From a virus (taxonomy: Duplodnaviria; Heunggongvirae; Uroviricota; Caudoviricetes): a DNA stretch of 64,000 nt. A program made the position numbers and the translations under genes. The stretch covers positions 20,000-83,999 of the IMG/VR virus record IMGVR_UViG_3300013902_000001; one strand, given 5' to 3'. The notes beneath the pieces are model-generated. The model saw nothing but the letters and a program-made list of their open reading frames with translations, did no database searches and was not told where the DNA came from. Shown here piece after piece: positions 59,990-64,000 of this stretch. Each line of letters starts with the position of its first letter. Position 1 is the first letter of the stretch.

Positions 59990-61194
59990 ACCTAAACTCC
60001 GCCGTTAATAGTAAGGATTTTTGAATCATGATAGTAAGTTCCAACTACCTCGCCATGCTTACTTGCAGGAATAGTTAGATCGCTAATCATTTTGATAACA
60101 GATACACTATTAGTTGACTAAGGGAAAGTTATAGACATATCTGACTCGCCATTGTTAGTAATAAGGATAGTCTTTTCATAATTATAAGTTGGAGCAGTCG
60201 ATGGTACAAAATCAGTTACAGTCAAAGTTCCAGTATTATTTGTGCCAAACTACTGAGTCTAAGGAAGAGTAACTTTACCAGCGCCGTCCGGTGATTGCTA
60301 TGTCTCTCCAATATAAATAGACTTAATCGGAACATCTGGATATTTAGGAAGGGTGACGATCCGGTCTGTGTTTACAACATACTCGCCATTGGATACTTCT
60401 AGATTATCGCTAAATTTAATTGCTTTGAGCGTATTTATTGTAGCTGATCCAGTTACCGATACCCCATTTAGTGTAATTTTTGATATATAATCTGTTGGAA
60501 TGAGAGCATCTACATAAGCTTTAGAAACTAGGATATCATCTCCATCGGAAACAGTATCAGCAGATTTAATATTTATAGTAGTATTATCTACTTTTATAGA
60601 CCCGTCTATATTATTGTTAGTCGGCTTATTAATAGTGATAGAGGGGATTTCTGGTCTATCTGACAAATCATTGTAACTTCCTGAAGTAGCTACTGCTGCT
60701 AGTTGAGGTCGATTCTGTAATAGTTTTCCTTTCCAACCTTCTCCTTCACCTTCAGGTTTTTCCCAATAAACATCCTACTGAACAAATTTTTCGCCGAGGT
60801 ATTCCCAAGTCTTTTTATCTGATACATAAACATACTCTGCACCGTCAGAATTTTCATCTGGTTTTAGAGTAATCACCCAACCATTATTAGGAGTTTTTAA
60901 TCCTTCAATATTTCCCGATGTCAAATTATCATAGCTGCCTACATACACTCCTTTATAAGATAAAATTTCAGAAGGGAGTGTTACATATCCGTTTCCAGAC
61001 TCATCTGTTTTTAGAGCTATATTAACTCCATTACTTGTATAGTTCGTTCCAATTGCTCCTGGAAAATCTACCCAAACTGGATTAAAATTTTCATCGAGGG
61101 AAAGGGCTTTGTTGGGAGTGCTATATGTAGGGTAGCTAATAAACTTCCTTTTAATTAAAAACCATAAGGATCGTAAATCTGATATTACATTCAT
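59986..61194 (-). CDS. Fibre-like virion protein, 402 aa (code 15)
   Basis: Fragments 60775-61194 and 60298-60666 join; contains LAAVATSGSYNDLSDRP and EYVYVSDKKTWEYLG. Confidence 0.65.
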
Positions 61195-61835
61195 TTTGAT
61201 AGAGTTTGTGTTTTATGCATAAACGGAATAATATTGAGTTTTGTCCAACCAGACTCGATTTCTATTCCGTCGTCAGTATTAGTTATTTCTTTATCACATT
61301 CAATTCTGCACTCATTAGCTATATCTTGAGGTATTGTAAGTATATCATTAGTCACAGATGCTTTTTCGGAGAAATCGTCCATTTTATCTTCATCGTAATT
61401 GAAAACCTCAGATATAGGTACTTCATAATTATCTTCTTTTGAAGACCCGTCACTATTAGTTATTTTTGTAGTGTAATAATATGTCTAAGTGCACTCGTCA
61501 AAATTTTTTGCGGGAGTAGTTTTTTCAGGATAGTAAATAGAATAAACAGCATCATCATCACTGTCTATTTTAAGTTTTGCTCCTTTATATTCAATTTGGA
61601 AGTCAGAATTTACTCCTAATACAACTTTTATATATAAATCTTCACCGGTTGCATACACGTAAATTGTCCCGGTTTTAGCATCTGTAGAACTTCCTCCAAA
61701 AATCGTGATCATACAAGGCACATACTTTATCGGAACTTCTACATTATTATTGGAAACAGTTGCTACACCACACTCTATCTTAGATAATCCTTTAGCAAAA
61801 TCCTTAAAAGCGTCGTATGTAATTAATTTGCTCAT
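61191..61835 (-). CDS. Hypothetical protein, 214 aa (code 15)
   Basis: Fragments 61485-61835 and 61191-61382 join through one TAG. Confidence 0.65.
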
Positions 61836-62629
61836 AATAAATCAGTTAAGTCTTTAGTAGTTGCTAAATCAATCTTTCCAATATTTTCTCCTCCATCAGT
61901 AAGAATTCCAGATTCTAAGCTATTTCCATTTTCAGAAAAATCCTTAATTCTGAGTTTTTCAATTTTATTGTTAATCAACATATTTACCTATTTTTCCCCA
62001 ATTCCTGATTCTTCACCATTTCCTTTATGCCAATTTCCGTTATCGTCAATATACCAGATTTCTTTTACTATAACAGTATTTCCATCAGAATCTTTGGTTT
62101 CTATATTTTTTATATATGTATTCATTCTATCACAATCATCAAAATTAGAAATATCAATATCTGGAACTGTTACGGTTTTAATTTCTCCGTCATTCTTAAC
62201 ATCGAGTGTCTTATAATTTTTAAATTCAATTTCCTTAGGAATACAAGTTTTATTCTGAATATCTTTGAATTTAAACGAAGATGTTTTTGACACTTCTGTA
62301 TTTAGAATCTTAACAAAAGGAGCATCTGTAACTAGCTTCCATTCATCATTACTACTAGGAATATTAACACTGGCGTATTCCTTCTTCCCGATATGTTTTA
62401 TATCGAATCCACAATTTCTTAAGAAAATAGAATTCTAAATTTCTTTAAGTCTACTTTGAACCCTCTAATCATCGTATTCTGAATGATCTCCACACCACTC
62501 GACTAAATCCATTAGTATAATAGCCTAAAGAATTCTTTTAAAAGTCTTAGTATCATTATTTCCAAGAAATCGAAGTTCGTCTAGTTTGTTTTTAATCGTG
62601 GAAGTTATCGTATGTATAGCGTCTATCAT
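61832..62629 (-). CDS. Hypothetical protein, 265 aa (code 15)
   Basis: ATG 62629 to TGA 61832; includes track ORF 61988-62293. Confidence 0.65.
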
Positions 62630-63237
62630 TATCGTCCACAATTACAAGGTGAAACTTTTGAAGTGTGTTCATTACCGCACTTATGAAAACAATTCTTTAA
62701 CAGTTTGAAATATTCCCATGCTTCATCTAAGTTGCTTTCTCTCAAGGCTGCTTGATGTCCGAATAAAATCAAGTAATTTCTAATGACTTCGTCCGAAACT
62801 GCTTCACAAGGATCAGAATTAAGAATGTGTGCTATCATACACTCAAAAGTTCCATCAACGTCGGAAGTCCAGGCTGTATCGGTAATAGTATCTCCGTATA
62901 TAATTTTACCGGTTTCTTCATCAATACTCTACTCAGAGGCCTCTAAATAAATTTTATAAATAGCATTACTAGTTATCCCTAGCATTTCTAACGGGATTAC
63001 TATATTCCAGTGGTCGGTTTTATCATCTGAACTTTGAGCGTCTCCGAAAAGAGCAGCCGATAAATCATAATAATCGGTTTGATTATCTCCGATTTTTACG
63101 TCTAGTAAACATTTTTTAAATACGTATCCATGAGGACAGTCGATAATAAGTTTTAAGGCTTTTTTGTTATTATCTCCAAAACCAGAAGATACCGAGAATA
63201 GAGATATACTAATTGCTTTATTTTGTTCCGTTGCCAT
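62629..63237 (-). CDS. Conserved Cys-terminal crAss-type protein, 202 aa (code 15)
   Basis: Fragments 62929-63237 and 62629-62838 join; ends ..NCFHKC..PCNCGR. Confidence 0.7.
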
Positions 63238-63493
63238 TATTATTTTCGTTTATAGAGGTTTTATTTCCTTTAAATATAGAAGCTACACTACTGATACCAA
63301 GAAGAGCACAGGCGCTAATTATTAAGGTCTAAAGAAGGTCTTTAACACAAGGACTACACCCCTCGGTAATAACTAACACCACTGTGCAAACAAGGACAAT
63401 TATCATGGTAAGGAACCCGACTAATCGTTTACCGGATCCCCTACCATTACTTTCCTGAAACATTTCTGAGATTAATTCTTTAAAAGGTTTCAT
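63218..63493 (-). CDS. Two-helix small membrane protein (holin candidate), 91 aa (code 15); missed by the ORF track
   Basis: SGKRLVGFLTMIIVLVCTVVLVIT..LL[TAG]TLIISACALLGISSVASIF followed by a polar tail. Confidence 0.6.
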
Positions 63494-64000
63494 TATGTTT
63501 TACTACTAAAATTAATTGCGTTATTATTAGGATTGTTGTCATACATCTATAGAACTTCCAGTTTATTCCTTTGTTCTATAAGATCTAACTCGCGATCCTT
63601 ACTTTCAGCATCAGTTTTAACTTTATACCAGTCGATATTCTGCCTAGCTACATTGTCTTGCTGCTCCATAGCCAGTTTCTTCTCGTTAAACTGAGCAACT
63701 TTCTTAGTGCTCTGTTCGAGTTGTTTTTGAACTTGCTGTAATTGTTGCTGAGCTTGCTGTAATTGTTGAGACAATTGCTGAATTTGGTTATTTTCTAACT
63801 ATTTATCAGCGATAGCTTTCATAATAGATTCCTTCATCTCAGTTAAACTCTTAGAAGAAGAAACTATAACCATAACTACGGGATCTACCTAACCACCTTT
63901 TGTAAGTTCTATTGAAAGCTATTTAAGAAGTTCCTATTCTTTCATAATTTCAGTGCTATCCGCTAAGTGAACATCGAAATCAGTAAAAGAATAGTATTCT
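63493..64000 (-). CDS. Portal protein, C-terminal part (continues beyond the window)
   Basis: YSFTDFDVHLADS..ENNQIQQLSQQLQQ coiled coil..LEVL[TAG]MYDNNPNN-type ending, as recalled for crAss portals; TAA at 63493. Confidence 0.7.

Noticed and set aside
429-62290. Plus-strand ORFs in the track other than phoH (for example 429-698, 10372-10710, 27253-27606, 30425-30847)
   Set aside because: They are antisense shadows of long minus-strand genes, with no motifs, promoters or independent context.
1-64000. TGA-to-Trp recoding (table 4)
   Set aside because: TGA ends genes at sensible positions (MCP 29882, ATGA overlaps at 7607, 25515, 56376, 59986) and was not seen inside the frames I read.

Overview
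A 64-kb segment of a crAss-like phage genome (Crassvirales, Bacteroidota host inferred). It covers the late/virion gene block, read almost entirely on the minus strand: portal C-terminus, accessory and fibre genes, capsid module, ring/muzzle tail genes, then giant ejected-cargo genes. The supplied ORF track looks fragmented because the phage uses TAG as a sense codon, almost certainly Gln (translation table 15). Re-reading TAG as Q joins the fragments into about 45 contiguous genes ending in TAA/TGA. The major capsid protein gene is split by five group I introns, which I resolved to the base: six exons totalling 1410 nt and 469 aa, including a 30-nt micro-exon. One intron carries a GIY-YIG homing endonuclease in its P8 loop. 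Other notable signals: a complete-looking SF1 helicase domain inside a >1900-aa putative virion cargo protein; capsid genes with no TAG codons; a K-x-x-x-G-G motif shared by cargo proteins; a fibre-like protein with lectin-like, BspA-LRR and inserted hydrophobic segments; a self-contained six-gene cassette ending in an HExxH protein; and a lone plus-strand phoH. Functional names rest on remembered motifs and synteny, not on database searches.
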